Shown in pieces: positions 50,149 through 62,450 of a stretch of DNA of 64,000 nt. Position 1 is the first letter of the stretch. The number at the start of each line of letters is the position of its first letter. This stretch comes from Tubiluchus corallicola (taxonomy: Eukaryota; Animalia; Priapulida): assembly GCA_030141605.1 (NCBI GenBank), contig JAQGDQ010000066.1, positions 620,001-684,000 of the forward strand, read 5' to 3'. The translations under genes were made by a program, and so were the position numbers. The notes beneath the pieces were generated by a model that had not been told where the DNA came from, did not search any database, and was given only the letters and a program-made list of their open reading frames with translations.

Positions 50149-52037
50149 CAGGGGCGTCGTGCACCAAAAAAAATTGGGGGGGGCCCGACTGTATATTATG
50201 ACGGAACTTGACTGTTTAAAAAACGTATAATTTTGAATTCCCACACAGTATTTTGCGTGCAAGAAAAACAATTTATTTATTCCCCAACTGGCATTTAACT
50301 TAAAGCTATAGCAACGGAAACTTAATTAAAATTAAAAATTATATTAAAATTTAATTAAGTATTTATTAGCTGTCAGGAATCCGACGCAGAACTATCGACG
50401 CAGAACATCACTCCAGAAGAGCTCAACCACAGACTTCAAGTCCATATTCTTTGTTTTCTCAGCCTCAACTGCAAGGATCATCAGGTCACTCAGTCGTGAC
50501 TGACTCATTGTACTGCGGAGAGCATTCTTGACAAATTTAAGAACACAAAAGGATCTCTCACAAGAGCAAGATGTAACGGGCAGAGTCAGAATCAACTGGT
50601 ATACGATGGAGATCATTGGGAAAAGTTTGTCCAGTCCAGAAGTCATATAACAGTATATTGAGTGAATGCAGTTTGTGTTGACATGTTCAGGAACAGAGTC
50701 TGCAGTGACAGCATGAGTGAACAAGCGGTACTCCAACTCGAGGGTTTCTTCATCGAGATCAGCCATGTAGAAGGTGCAAAGAGTCTTGACTTTCTCCATC
50801 TTTGCAGGTGATGTTGATGGGTTGATCAGACAGTCAGTTGACAATACCAACGGAATGACATCAGAACCAAATCTAGAGTTCAACGCACTTGTCATCAGGT
50901 CGATGATCTCATAGAACAGAGCTGTTCGGAGAGAATCAACACCGGTTTGTTGCTTTACCTCTGTATGCCAGTACTCGTCAATTCTTTTCGAGACTTTGCG
51001 ACGACGTGGCTCACTGTACTCCACCCCAATGCTCTCAGCTATTTCTTGTGCAATCTTCCAGTACTTTTCGAAGTCATTCACGGTTCGCTTTGCTGCAGTC
51101 TCTTTAATTAAGGCTTGGATGAGAAGCACTGCTGATGGCACATTGAGTTCTTTGCTCTGGAGTGCTTTGGAAACAATCTGTGACATTCCCTCAGATCAGT
51201 CATGATTGATAAACACAGACAAAATTCATAATTTATTGATTTTAGGAGGGAGAACGCCTCTCCGGCAGTTTTTCGATCATATGATGGTCCTTCGGTAAAG
51301 GATTCCAATGTCATGACTACACCAGTCAGATTGTCCTTAAGAGCCTTGCAGTTGTCGACGCAAGACGACCACCGAGTTGCTGAAAGCGGGTGCAGAGTCT
51401 TGGATGCTTTGTTGTGTTCATTCGATTCGAGCTGTAGGATCTCATCTTGGATTTTCGCAAATGCCGCGTGTCGTTTTGTGGATCCTTCGATGAAATTGTA
51501 GAGGGATTCAACTACACCAAAGTGTAGTTGTCCAATCAGGAGGTGGCTGAGCCATGGCTCATCAATTTGTATCTCCCAAACTGACTCTCTTGTACTAGGC
51601 TAGCTCGACAAACTGACTCTCTGGTACTAGGCTAGCTCAACATGATTTCAATGTTTGCATTGTTTTTGCTCTATTATTTCACTTATTCTCTATTATAACA
51701 CGCTGCTGAACGAAGCTCGAGTGCTAACTGAGCCGTTTTGTTAACTAACAGTCTTTTGTGCAAAGACGCTAATGCTACTCAATGAGCTGCTTTGTTAACT
51801 GTTCCTGCCGCCTGAATAGATTACATGCAAACAAATTAACTACATCCTGACTTTCAGGTAAACACATACTCATGCTCATACTGTTCGCATTTATGGAGCG
51901 CTGGCCCGCTATTGCGTGTCAAAAAGTTGGAAATAAATTTGATTACCGGTCTCATTACGAGCCGCTGACACACTTCAAATTTTTGACATTTTCTAAAAAA
52001 TTGGGGGGCCCCGGGCCCCTATGGCACGACGCCACTG
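50149..52037 (-). mobile_element. Internally deleted hAT DNA transposon (1889 bp)
   Basis: 14-bp TIRs CAGGGGCGTCGTGC and GCACGACGCCACTG (1 mismatch). Exact 8-bp TSD TCTAAAAT at 50141-50148 and 52038-52045. Transposase remnant inside. Confidence 0.95.
50392..51522 (-). pseudogene. Truncated, frameshifted hAT transposase (ZMYM1/THAP12-like C-terminal half with hATC dimerisation domain)
   Basis: LSATRWSS motif in one frame, a frame change near 51190, then TLPVTSCSCERSFCVLKFVKNALRSTMSQSRL. The N-terminal half is absent. Confidence 0.9.
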
Positions 52038-52364
52038 TCTAAAATCAAAGTGCTTTAGCTGATAATAACACATTTTGTTATTGCTGTGGTTACAAGAACT
52101 CAATAGGTTTCCATTTCTGTCAGAAAATTTGACATTATAGATCAGACTTTTCTGGAATTGATATTTAATTGAAATATGCTCATGTAACTTTGCATCTTAA
52201 TACCACAAATTTAAGCAACTTAGGTTTGCAAGTGATTGGTTACAAAAATACTAATGCATGAGAAATAGTAGCAACTTTGAAGTGCAGCATAGCACTGTAA
52301 ATGAAAACGCTTTCTTGTCTATTCTTGTTGCATCAGTAAATTATACTTATTTGTAATGATTTAG

Positions 52365-52474
52365 AGAAAAATATAAGCCTAGTCCGGGGTCCAAACGATT
52401 ATTTCCACTTACTTGTGAATGACACATTCTCTTTGGATTGTCACTATGGCTATGGACAAAGTGTTTTTTCTCAG
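52365..52474 (+). CDS. Ig gene, Ig domain 1 first half ((E)KNISLVRGPNDYFHLLVNDTFSLDCHYGYGQSVFSQ)
   Basis: tttag acceptor, CAG|gtaatg donor, 110 nt, phase 1-0; B-strand LxC. Confidence 0.88.
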
Positions 52475-52813
52475 GTAATGTGTTTAACCAAAATTATGTT
52501 TAATAGTCACTTGCAGTGAAACAGTAACTATGATGAGACCTAGTTACATTTGTAATCTTAGTTTTTAAAGCTGTGTTAAACACAAATATGTGCTTACTTG
52601 GTAATGGTAAATTATGCTGGAGAAGTATTGCAATGGTCTATGTAAAATTCAGTACTATTCACATTATGCTTACACACAAATCATCACTCACATCATTTTT
52701 AAAGACTTTAGATAATATGGCTGGGTGTTCACTTTATATTATCTGGAAACATTACTTTACCAATAATCTATTCAGATTTGGCAAATTTCTCACTATTTCT
52801 TACTGGATGTTAG

Positions 52814-53039
52814 GGCATTGAAGTTAAATGGTTCAAAAAGGAGCACACTGATGTAAAAGAAGTTGATGTTAATCAGATTTCGAGGTATCAGATAAAGGAG
52901 AAGGAGCTTTCAAGTAGAGTAAACCATTCTTTGGTAATCAAGAATGCTCAAATAGAAGACAATGGCAGGTGGTATTGCGACATCTTCTTAGACGGAATGA
53001 GCAAAGTGAAATCAAGAGAGGTTGTAGTACATGTGTCAG
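52814..53039 (+). CDS. Ig gene, Ig domain 1 second half (GIEVKWFKK...SLVIKNAQIEDNGRWYCDI...VVVHVS)
   Basis: C-strand Trp, LxIxNA and DxGxWYC motifs; phase 0-1; AG/GT boundaries. Confidence 0.92.
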
Positions 53040-55149
53040 GTGTGCTATTTCTCATTTTTACCACTAGATGTCTTTGCCATTTTTGTTAATGGCAGTACTA
53101 TGACTGAGTATAGCAGTGTTGTCTTACTTGTTAATGTCATGTTCATACCATGAGCTCAGATTGCTTTTGAAAAGTGGGCGTACCCAGCTAATACACTGCA
53201 GTGTGTAATTGTCAAAGGCACGAAGGCAGCAGCGGAGCTCTGGGATATTGTTGTTACCGAAGTAACGAAGTTATTCAGTGTTGTTACCGAAAAATTTTCA
53301 AAATTTAAACTTCAGTTCGTTGCATCTGAGCTAATTTTTGTATCTCACTAGCCCGAATTTGCCAGGTATTTTACTGCACAAGAAAGGCACAGAGTAATGG
53401 TATATTTTGTGCATTGTGTGACTGTTGTGCATGGTGGTGTTGTATTCATGGTGATTGCAGATGAGTGAAATGAGGTGAGTTTTGAAGTTAGTGAGGAAGA
53501 GATAAGAATCATAAAGTACTTAACATGTTTGCATCAACAATAATGGTCTAACTGGTTGACCCTTTACAGATTCAGTACAAACCTCTGTGATTTTAGTTCA
53601 GTTATTATCTAGGATGAATTTTAGATGCAATGAACTATTAAAAATTATCAACAACGTGAGATAAAAGAATCCAAAGTATCAAGGTTTGCAAACACAGTAC
53701 GTGGATGGTGGACATACAAATGTGAAATGCGCACTAATTTTGTTGTTTTTTGGATTGTAGTTAATGAACTTTTGTAAACAACTGAATTGCAGATTTTCTT
53801 TGCCTAAATTTGCAATTTTAGTTAAACTGTAGCACACATGTGCCTAAGATAAAATTTTCAACTGTTTGCACAAATTTACCTTATTTCAACATTTCGTCAT
53901 GATGTAGGTTTTGTCTACTAATGTATTACTCATTAATGGTTACAACTTCTAGCTGCATGCAAAGGAGTTTTTAACAACAAGATACACATGGTAAGCTAGT
54001 TTTTGCCTACATTTTGCGAATCATGCGGGTGCCGGTTTTTTTTTGTAATATCTGAATTATTGCATAAGAACATTAAAACTGATTTCTTAGCGAAATCGCA
54101 ATTACAGTAACCTAATTAGTCTGCCAGCAAAAACCGGCTGGTTTTGGAAAAATGATATTACGGAAAAGCATGTTAGCTCAAAGTTCACACAAAACAAGAA
54201 AAATTTAAGACATTAAAATCCTAATCGATTTAGAAAGCAAATAGTTTTTAATATGTTTTTTTGGTTATAATCCCTGCTAGTGTCTTGGGTCAGGAATACT
54301 CATTTTTGTTTTATGATTATACGGGCTGAAACAAAGTTGCTTTAAACTACACTTAATTTTTTGATATTTTTTGTAATTATTGAGTGGGAGATGTACTACT
54401 TGAAATCCCACCTACTAAGAATTTTGAAAAGTGACGAGTCTCACATACCACCACCCATATCTGCACTATTGGTCCGCACCACACCAAATTATAAACAAAA
54501 TACTTGCTTAGCAACAATCCCTCAAAAATATTTTGCATTTAGCGGTATTAACATGAAAATTCTATGTAGTTTGTATAAATTTTGTATTTTGTACCTATCT
54601 GTGAAGGTAATACACTGTTAGTCTATCAACTACTAGTCCAGGACGTGAAGTATTTTGTTATTAATCTATCTTGCTTACTAAGTTTTTTCTGTCCCAATTC
54701 ACACCAGCTTCCAGATATAGAGTACTAGTAGTGCGACAAAGCATTCTTGTACCAAATTGTAGCTTCCTAGATGCTTGATAAGCTGAATTATAGGCTTTTA
54801 TCAACTTAGCTGCTCAAAAAGTTGAGGTACGGCCAGTATGCACACATTTATGTTTTTGCTCGAACGTATGACAATCGGCCATACACATACACTGCCCACA
54901 CTTGGCCTGCCCCAAAACAACAGCAACAACAAAAACATTTTGCACAATGTTGAAGGTGCATAAAATGAGAAACAATGCTAACTAGTTTATAATGTTTCTG
55001 ATGTGGTCAGAAACTGAAGATTTTGTAACAATAGTTATAAAATTGGTTCTTAAAAATGAAAAGATGACAGTTTTCTTGAAGGTTCTTATTTTCTTTTATT
55101 GAATTCTGCTTACTTGAGTACTTGGGAAGTGCATCTCACAATGAAATCT

Positions 55150-55990
55150 CAGCATTTAACTGTTCAGCCCATCACCCACGGGTCAAAGGTCTGCCAATGT
55201 TAGCATAACTTATATCATTCAGTTAGTCTCTTTGAATTTCATTTGATATACAACATATTACTTTTGGTAGACCCTGAAAGGCATTTGCCTCCCCGACCCC
55301 TATTATGCCACTAACTGGGTCACAGGTTAACGATTCCCACTGTAACCTATACCATTCGATTCGCCTCATCAAGACCTTTCATTTGATATGCTATATGTTG
55401 CTATTCGTAGATACTCGGTGCATTTGTGTTTTCAACCCACATTTTTTGGTTTTTCCCCCTACTGGGGTCAGAGATCAACCAGTCTCGGCATAACTTACAC
55501 CATTCAGCTTGCCTCATCGAGCTCTTTCTTTTTGGTATACTACAAGCTAGTTTTGGTTGACACTGAAAGGCCTTTGTCTCCTTGACCCCTATTTTGTCCC
55601 CTAGCAGGTTCGCATTGTAACCTATGCTATTCGATCTGCCTTATCAAGACCTTTCATTTGATATGCTACAAGGTACCATTGCTCAACACTCATTGCACTT
55701 CAGTTCCCAACCCGTATTTATCGGTTTTTTGCCCCCTAGGGAAAAAACTGTGAAAACTTGTGAAAAAAGTTTGGAAAAAACCGAAAGCCTTAAACGGAGA
55801 TGCGACTTAAAGGAAAAACTGACCAATGCCCATTGCCCTTTCCTCATTGATCAGTGGTCACTGGTTGCCACACTGTTGTATGTCCCCCACCCAGGGCTAC
55901 CAACCCTGTGAGTTTGGTGACCCTAGCTTGTAAGCCTTATGAGTTATTAAGCGTTAAAGTGCCAGAGAATAAATAAATAAATGGCAAAAT
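55150..55990. mobile_element. Interspersed repeat with internal subrepeats, tentatively Helentron/HINE (DINE-1)-like
   Basis: atcaagacctttcatttgatatgcta recurs at about 55368 and 55644, with a diverged third unit; ends with the tttggtgaccctagc motif. Boundaries approximate. Confidence 0.55.
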
Positions 55991-56339
55991 CTTAATAAAT
56001 CAATCCACTGACGATCAATAATGCACAAATAATCTGTGTAACTCTTGCTTTTTTGAAATGACGGTAATAAACTAGATATTAGCAGATACATGTTTACTGT
56101 TGTGTGGATTCAATATTTTTGTGAAAATTTACTATGCATTGTTTATTGCACAGTGATTAATTGGCATAGTTTCGTATACAAGACCAGCACCACATTAAAA
56201 CAAATCTGTTTGTAAAGGTTACATAGCAAGTGTGTAACCCAAAAACCAGATAATATGCAGTTATGCAGCAGAGAATAAATGATAGCAATTCAATGTATGC
56301 ATCTCTATAGTTCACTTATTGAAAGTCTCTAAACTGGAA

Positions 56340-56730
56340 TTTGGAACCAGACTGACACTTGGGAACATTTGTTCACCTGACACACCCAGTTTCGGTTTTT
56401 GTTCCTTATCGGAGTCAAGGGGTCACACTGAGAGTAACTTATTCCATTCAATTTGCCTGATTTAGACCTTTCATTTGATCAATTGCAAGCTTCTGTTGTT
56501 TGAAACTGGTAGCATCTGTTTCCCTGAATTCAAGCTGGGATTTTACACCCTATAGTGGGGGATTACCCAACTGGGCGTAATTCTCACTTTTCAGTTCTTC
56601 TCATTGAGACCTTACATTTGTAATGCCACGAACCACTGTTTCTTGACACTGAAAGTATCGTTAAGGAGAAATATAAAAAAATCCGCCTACGTAAGGGATA
56701 AATTTCGTGACCCTAGCCCCGTCTGTATGT
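56340..56730. mobile_element. Diverged relative of the 55.2-56.0 kb repeat
   Basis: Shares agacctttcatttgat and ttcgtgaccctagc motifs. Confidence 0.5.
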
Positions 56731-57201
56731 GACTTAGGTGAGTAAGAAATAAAAAGGCACAAATAAAAGTAAATAATAAAAACTGGAGGTAAACCAAAAA
56801 TATTCTACTATGTAGTGAAATCTTAATGTGAAAATGAGACCTTTTTTGGAGTATGAAGTGTCCTAAAAATACTGTAGCAGAGTGCTACTTTACTGAATCA
56901 GAAATCAGATATGTATATCTATAGTTATAACCATGTAATAAGTAACCTGAAAATTAGTATAGAGAATGTTAAGTTATGTCATTTTATTTTGGACTTATTC
57001 TAATGATGGTCACTGATCACTGTATAGAGCACGACCAATTATTGTTAGTGATGCTCCTATCATTATGTTGTAAGTTTAACTATCTGCCTAACAGTTTCCT
57101 GCACAATCCATTGAACAATATTATTTATAGTTTGACTGAAATGAAAAATACGTAATTAAGCCAAATTGCTTTTGCTGATCTGATACTTTTTTTATTTTTA
57201 G

Positions 57202-57311
57202 ATTGGGGTATAATCCATGATCCTAAGCATCAAAAAGTGGCTTTGGGCAAGTCTTTTACCTTGGCATGTGAGGTTTTCTTTCCACAGGATAAACCAGTCC
57301 CATTATTCTCT
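57202..57311 (+). CDS. Ig gene, Ig domain 2 first half ((D)WGIIHDPKHQKVALGKSFTLACEVFFPQDKPVPLFS)
   Basis: Poly-T ag acceptor, gtaagg donor, 110 nt, phase 1-0; P..Q.V..G..FTLxC I-set-like pattern. Confidence 0.92.
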
Positions 57312-57887
57312 GTAAGGCTTTACATTTTTTACTCTGTTAAATAGTGTTACAGTTCAAGTCTGTAGCTGACAATAAGTGGCATTGCATAGTCTTATATACT
57401 AGGAAAAGTCGAATTGAACTTGCAAGTGAGTAGCGCCTTTAGATACGTGCTTTCAAATGCAGATTAAAATTTTCATTTCTAACATACTGCAGTTCATAAG
57501 TTCAAGCAAGCATGAAATATAATAGCGTTTTCAAAGAGGGTATCACTACATTTTCAACATTTCCTTTTTTTTGTATAACAGTCATTCTATTTATTACTGA
57601 TATGTAGACAACTAATATTGCAGTCTAAAGGTAATTAGGCCTCTGTAGTTTTCAGGCTGTTTGTTGTTAACATTTCTCCCTAAATATATTGTTAATTATG
57701 ATAAAATCGTTTTCAATTATAAGCTTGGACTTTGAAAATTGTCTACATTTCCAAAGACTTCATAGGAAGCTCTTGACCTATGCATGGGTTTCATCTAATC
57801 CATTTAGCTGAACTTCTCTTTACAGCTTTGTTATTACACTTACCAAGTCATTTAGTGTTATTACTCTTGCATTTCATACCAATACAG

Positions 57888-58547
57888 TTAGAGGGCAATG
57901 CGCAATAATAGCCTGGTGCCAAAAACAATTTTTAGCTATTACGTAACCTGTTTATGACGACGGCACCATTTGCGGCGATCTATATATCAAATGAAAGGTC
58001 TCGATCTAGTGTCTTCTCATTGATGGTTTATTTTTCGAATTGGGCTCACCGGGAGGAACGGGGGGCGAAAAACCTCCAAAAATGGCCCTTTTTCGGCCGT
58101 TTTTTGCAAAAGTTATACGGCTGAGATGTAGAGAACGGGAACGGGCCGAGGGTGGTGCTGGGTATGGATAGATAGCCCGTTCAGCGGTGGGTGTAGTAGG
58201 CATATTTAGAATTCCCGAGAGGGCCAGGGCGCCCCGCAACGGGCGTTTTCCCGGACCCAACTCGCGATTTTTTCGAAATTTTGACCAAACAGCCTGCGGG
58301 AAAAACGTTCTAGCGGCGCCCGGTGGGACTCTCGGGAGGAGATTTATAGCTCTTTACAAAGAGGAAGGACAGGGCTACACGATGATGTGGGTTATATTTT
58401 AGGGCAGGTCCACCGAGAGGAGTACCGACGAGTTAATTAGCTGTTCTATTTTCGGCGATTTTCGCTTAGAAAACTGTTGTGACGAATTCCATTGTGCTGA
58501 CGTCATCCATTATTGCTTATAGCTTTAATTCAGCAAAAAGCTGCTTT
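57888..58547. mobile_element. GC-rich Helentron/HINE-like non-autonomous element
   Basis: Subterminal inverted repeat GCAATAAT (57902) / ATTATTGC (58509), then hairpin CAGC-AAAAA-GCTG and Ts. Carries atatcaaatgaaaggtct, the reverse complement of the motif in the 55-56 kb repeats. Confidence 0.6.
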
Positions 58548-59592
58548 GCGTTAGTTAAACATACAGTAGGCACGAGTACAGGTTTTGCGTTAGGTAAGTA
58601 GGCAGGATGTTACGGGCTTTGCGTTATACATGAGGACTGTGTAGGATGTTCGCGTGTTATTGATTATACGTGGTTTTTTACGCAAAATCTTTTGCGGGGC
58701 CTTTGCTATTTATAATTATTGGTGTTGAAAAATGAAAAGGCATTAACTGATGGACCGTTTTCTTACAAATGGCAGCCAAAAAGGCTAAAAGAGAAAAATG
58801 CAATCAAGACCTGTGTGATAATGACAATAGCATTATTATAAAGAGTTCCTCTAAAAAGTCATTATTAATGAATTAAAAAAGATTGCTGATAAAAATAACT
58901 ATCATTCTGTAAGCGAACTTGGTTAAGACAGGTTCTAAATAAAAGGAATGATAATTAATAATACCACAGTAATAATACCAAAACCACAGTAAATACACGT
59001 GGCAATTTAATCATTATTAAAGCAAATAATATTTTGTTCAATCATAAAATTTCAAACTACTAAAGTCCAAATTGAATTTACAGTGCCTTGAAACATACTT
59101 TTTTTATTTAATTTTTAATTGGGGGAGCTTATATGCAGCACTCTCCTGGACACTCTAGCTGTGAGAACTGGTTGTGAATTTATTCGCATATCACCCATGA
59201 CTGTAGCTGGGCCTGCTGGGTACTTTTATGCCCTTTTAAAATACACTATATTATAATAATACTAGGCTCCTATACAGCCGTTTGCTGAAATGACTGATTC
59301 CTGAAATACTGAAAAGAGAGAGTTTTTCAAAGCTTAAATAGAAAAAGATTTTAGAACCCATGCAGAAGCATCAAAAACATGTCATTAATTACATGAAATA
59401 TAAGTAATACAGTTTAGAGTGACATGCTAAGTAATGAATCAGGTATTGTTTCTTCGTAAGTGATAGATGAGCTTTTCAACCATTCTAACACGATGATAGT
59501 TAATGTACAGATGTAGCTGCTTAAGCTGAAGCATCAATAAGAGAATAATAGTTAACAAAATGGACGAGTTAGAGTTGGTAAATGAGCAAATG

Positions 59593-59732
59593 ATTTTTAC
59601 TCTTATAAAAAGATTTTGGCTAGCTGTATTTGCTATAGCTGCTAATGGCTGTAATAGCTAGCTGTAATTGCTATAGCTGTAATGGTTAGCTGCTATAACA
59701 GCTAGCCAAAATCTTTTTATAAGAGTAAAAAT
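59593..59732. repeat. Perfect 35-bp inverted repeat around a 70-bp spacer of tagctgtaat-like units
   Basis: 59593-59627 is the exact reverse complement of 59698-59732. Confidence 0.9.
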
Positions 59733-60136
59733 ACAACCAAAAGAATGATGATCTGTCACAGTTCTGTGAAAATTTACTAATTAATGAAAATATTATGCTT
59801 GTGGTGCCCTATTCTTCTCTGCATTAAAAATAAAATATATACTCTGAGAAGTGGGTCTTACAAGGAAAGGACTTGCATGTGTAATATTACTTGAACATTG
59901 AATTAATTGTTTCTTTCAAATATGGTGAATTGTAATTTGGAAAGCAGCAGTACATTGTTAATAGAACTCGTTGGCTCTATAGAACTTATTAGTAAGTAAA
60001 TCAAAGCGGCTTGCCTCCTCTTGCTGTTTGTCATGACATATGAACTACAAAAACGTATTAGAACATTTTTGGTATAACTGCTATGGTGTTAACACGTATA
60101 GTTTACAAAATTAATTACATAATGTTACTTCTTTAG

Positions 60137-60341
60137 ATTCATTGGTACAGAAATGGTGCACTAATTTCAAATAATCTGCTGTCTTATCCACGGTACCGTT
60201 GGAAAGATCCATTTTGGAACGACACCAGAGATGGTGCTCTTTTCGTTGAAAACGCACAGATGGAGGACTCGACTAAATGGCATTGTGAACTTAAAGCTGC
60301 AAATGATACACGTAAATCTGACATCGCGCTGATAACTGTCG
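60137..60341 (+). CDS. Ig gene, Ig domain 2 second half (IHWYRNG...GALFVENAQMEDSTKWHCEL...LITV)
   Basis: ctttag acceptor, phase 0-1, WYRNG and D...WxC motifs. Confidence 0.92.
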
Positions 60342-60949
60342 GTACTTTACCAACATTTTTCCTAATTTTATTTTTTACTAGTCTAAGTTAACTTCTCGTA
60401 CTTATGATGATACATATATTGATTATCTCTTTCACTGTGAGCAAAAAATTTTGATGAGTTAGTTTGATTAAAAATGAGTGCAAGCTTCTCTTTTGAATTG
60501 CTGGCCAATGTGTTGCCATGATTTCATTTGTTGTATTTCAAAGTCACTTTGTTTGTATATTGTTTGAAGAACTTTCTAACTTTTCCCCAGTAGAATTATA
60601 ATAACAAACAAGTCGGCAGAATGGTAAATAATTAATTGTGAAGCAATTACCTCTATCTGAGTAGCGAAAGCATGGTTTAGGTCTAGCAAAAGCATTTGAA
60701 ACTAATGTTAATTAATAATGAATTATTCATTATTAATAATTAAGTATTATTAATTAATAACAATTTTATCGCCTAAAATCCATATAAGATGTAAATTTTT
60801 GGTGTAGACATTTTAAAATTCACAGTCACACAAGAAAATTCTGTGAGCCAGATTTTGGAAACTGAATGTGTGTGTACATAATCACTTGAAGAATACTTAA
60901 ATTCACTTACAGGGATTAAATGACAAAAAGTTAAAAAGCTTCTAAGATT

Positions 60950-61750
60950 AAAATTGTTTTGATTTGGCATTTAAAAATATCGATATTTAGGCTTTCACCA
61001 CATCTGAAAGTTTATTTTATGAATTATAAGCAGCAATAGAAAAAATATTACCAGTTGAAATTAGGTTAGTTCTAGATTTTATATCGAGGTATTAGTATCA
61101 GATGACCTGAGTCAGTGGGATGCTGTATGCATTGTATTTATAAGAACTCAGGTAAGTAAGTGGGAGCAAAACGATTTCATCCATTTAATAGTAAGAAGAA
61201 AAATTTTAAATTTAATCATTTGGTGAACTGGGAGCCAGTGTAATTTCATGAGAGTCAAAATTATATGACATGATTTTTCCTATAGGTAAGCACACTTATA
61301 CGACTGCTTAGAAAGCTTAAAAATTCGACTGTTTTTAAAATTCTCAATGTAAACAATTTGGTATTTCCCAGATGAGTGAATTACACACTTAGTCATTACA
61401 CACTTGAAATTAATTACAAAAGCAGAAGCTGCTGAGATATTATAGAATCCGGAATACATGAGTTTACTGATGTTATTCAAGAGGAAAAAACAATAATCGC
61501 ACGTTTACTCCATTACTAGACTGGAATGAAATGTGCAGCGTAAATACATGATAGTTTTTAGGAAGCCATTGTCGAAATCCTATACAGTTAAGCCAGATTG
61601 GGCAATTTTGACCAAGGTGTGTCAAAGTGAATAAACTTGAAAAAGTTTTTTAATTCTTCATGGCGTGAACAATATCCATTTCAGGCCCCAACATAATAAA
61701 GTTTTATACATCTTTATTAGGAAAACCAACATTGCTACTGCTTATTATCA
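60950..61750 (-). mobile_element. Decayed L2/CR1-group LINE ORF2 3' fragment
   Basis: Minus strand near 61150-61255 reads LMKLHWLPVHQMIKFKIFLLT...APTYL, the LHWLP motif of L2 elements. Many stops and frameshifts; boundaries approximate. Confidence 0.7.
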
Positions 61751-62183
61751 GTTATCATTGGACTTTCTTAATAAAGGTGCAAAAAAATTTATTATGTAGC
61801 TGGCTATTTATGAAATGAATAAATTTTGTCTTATTAGCATTCGAAGCCATTTGGCTTATAGGATACGATTTCTTTGATGCACTTTTCAGTTTTGACTTCG
61901 ATGTCACATTCAGTGGTAGCTAATTGGTTGAATAGATATGTTAAGTGGACTGTCATTAGCATAGAGATGATAATCAAACCCATACTTACAGACAATGGTA
62001 GGATGTTATTTGCATATAGCATGAGTCCGAATTAAAAGTAATCCTTGTGGGCCTTACATGATAAGACATCTTTGTTGTATATAAGTTTAAATTAGCTGGT
62101 CTAATACGTTGCAACTGACTTGTGAAAGACGGTACGTTTTTGTTGCAGTATTGGATATTTTCTTCGAGCAAACCACCATGAGT

Positions 62184-62450
62184 GGTTGTTGTTGTGTGTC
62201 TCTAGGTGATGGCACCTGTAAGGCATCTCCACCCACAACGATTCGCATGCTCCTTCAGTGTTATCACTTGTTTGCATATCCCTTCCATCCTTCTCCTCCA
62301 TGCTGTCAGTGGCCTTCTACATTTTTTGCACCTCCTGGTAGACTAGACTAGCATGGCTTCCTTCTAGCACTCTTTTGGAGGCTGTGCCATGGGAATCTTG
62401 TTCTATCCATCTTATGGAATTTCTGAGTATCTGCATTATCACCTTCGCTC
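62184..62450 (-). mobile_element. Decayed RTE-like LINE 3' end
   Basis: Fragments such as RWI, KRVLEG and WRRRMEG, followed by a (CAA)n tail on the minus strand. Confidence 0.5.

Noticed and set aside
58006-58402. GC-rich ORFs on both strands
   Set aside because: They lie inside the HINE-like repeat and are explained by high GC; no protein motif.
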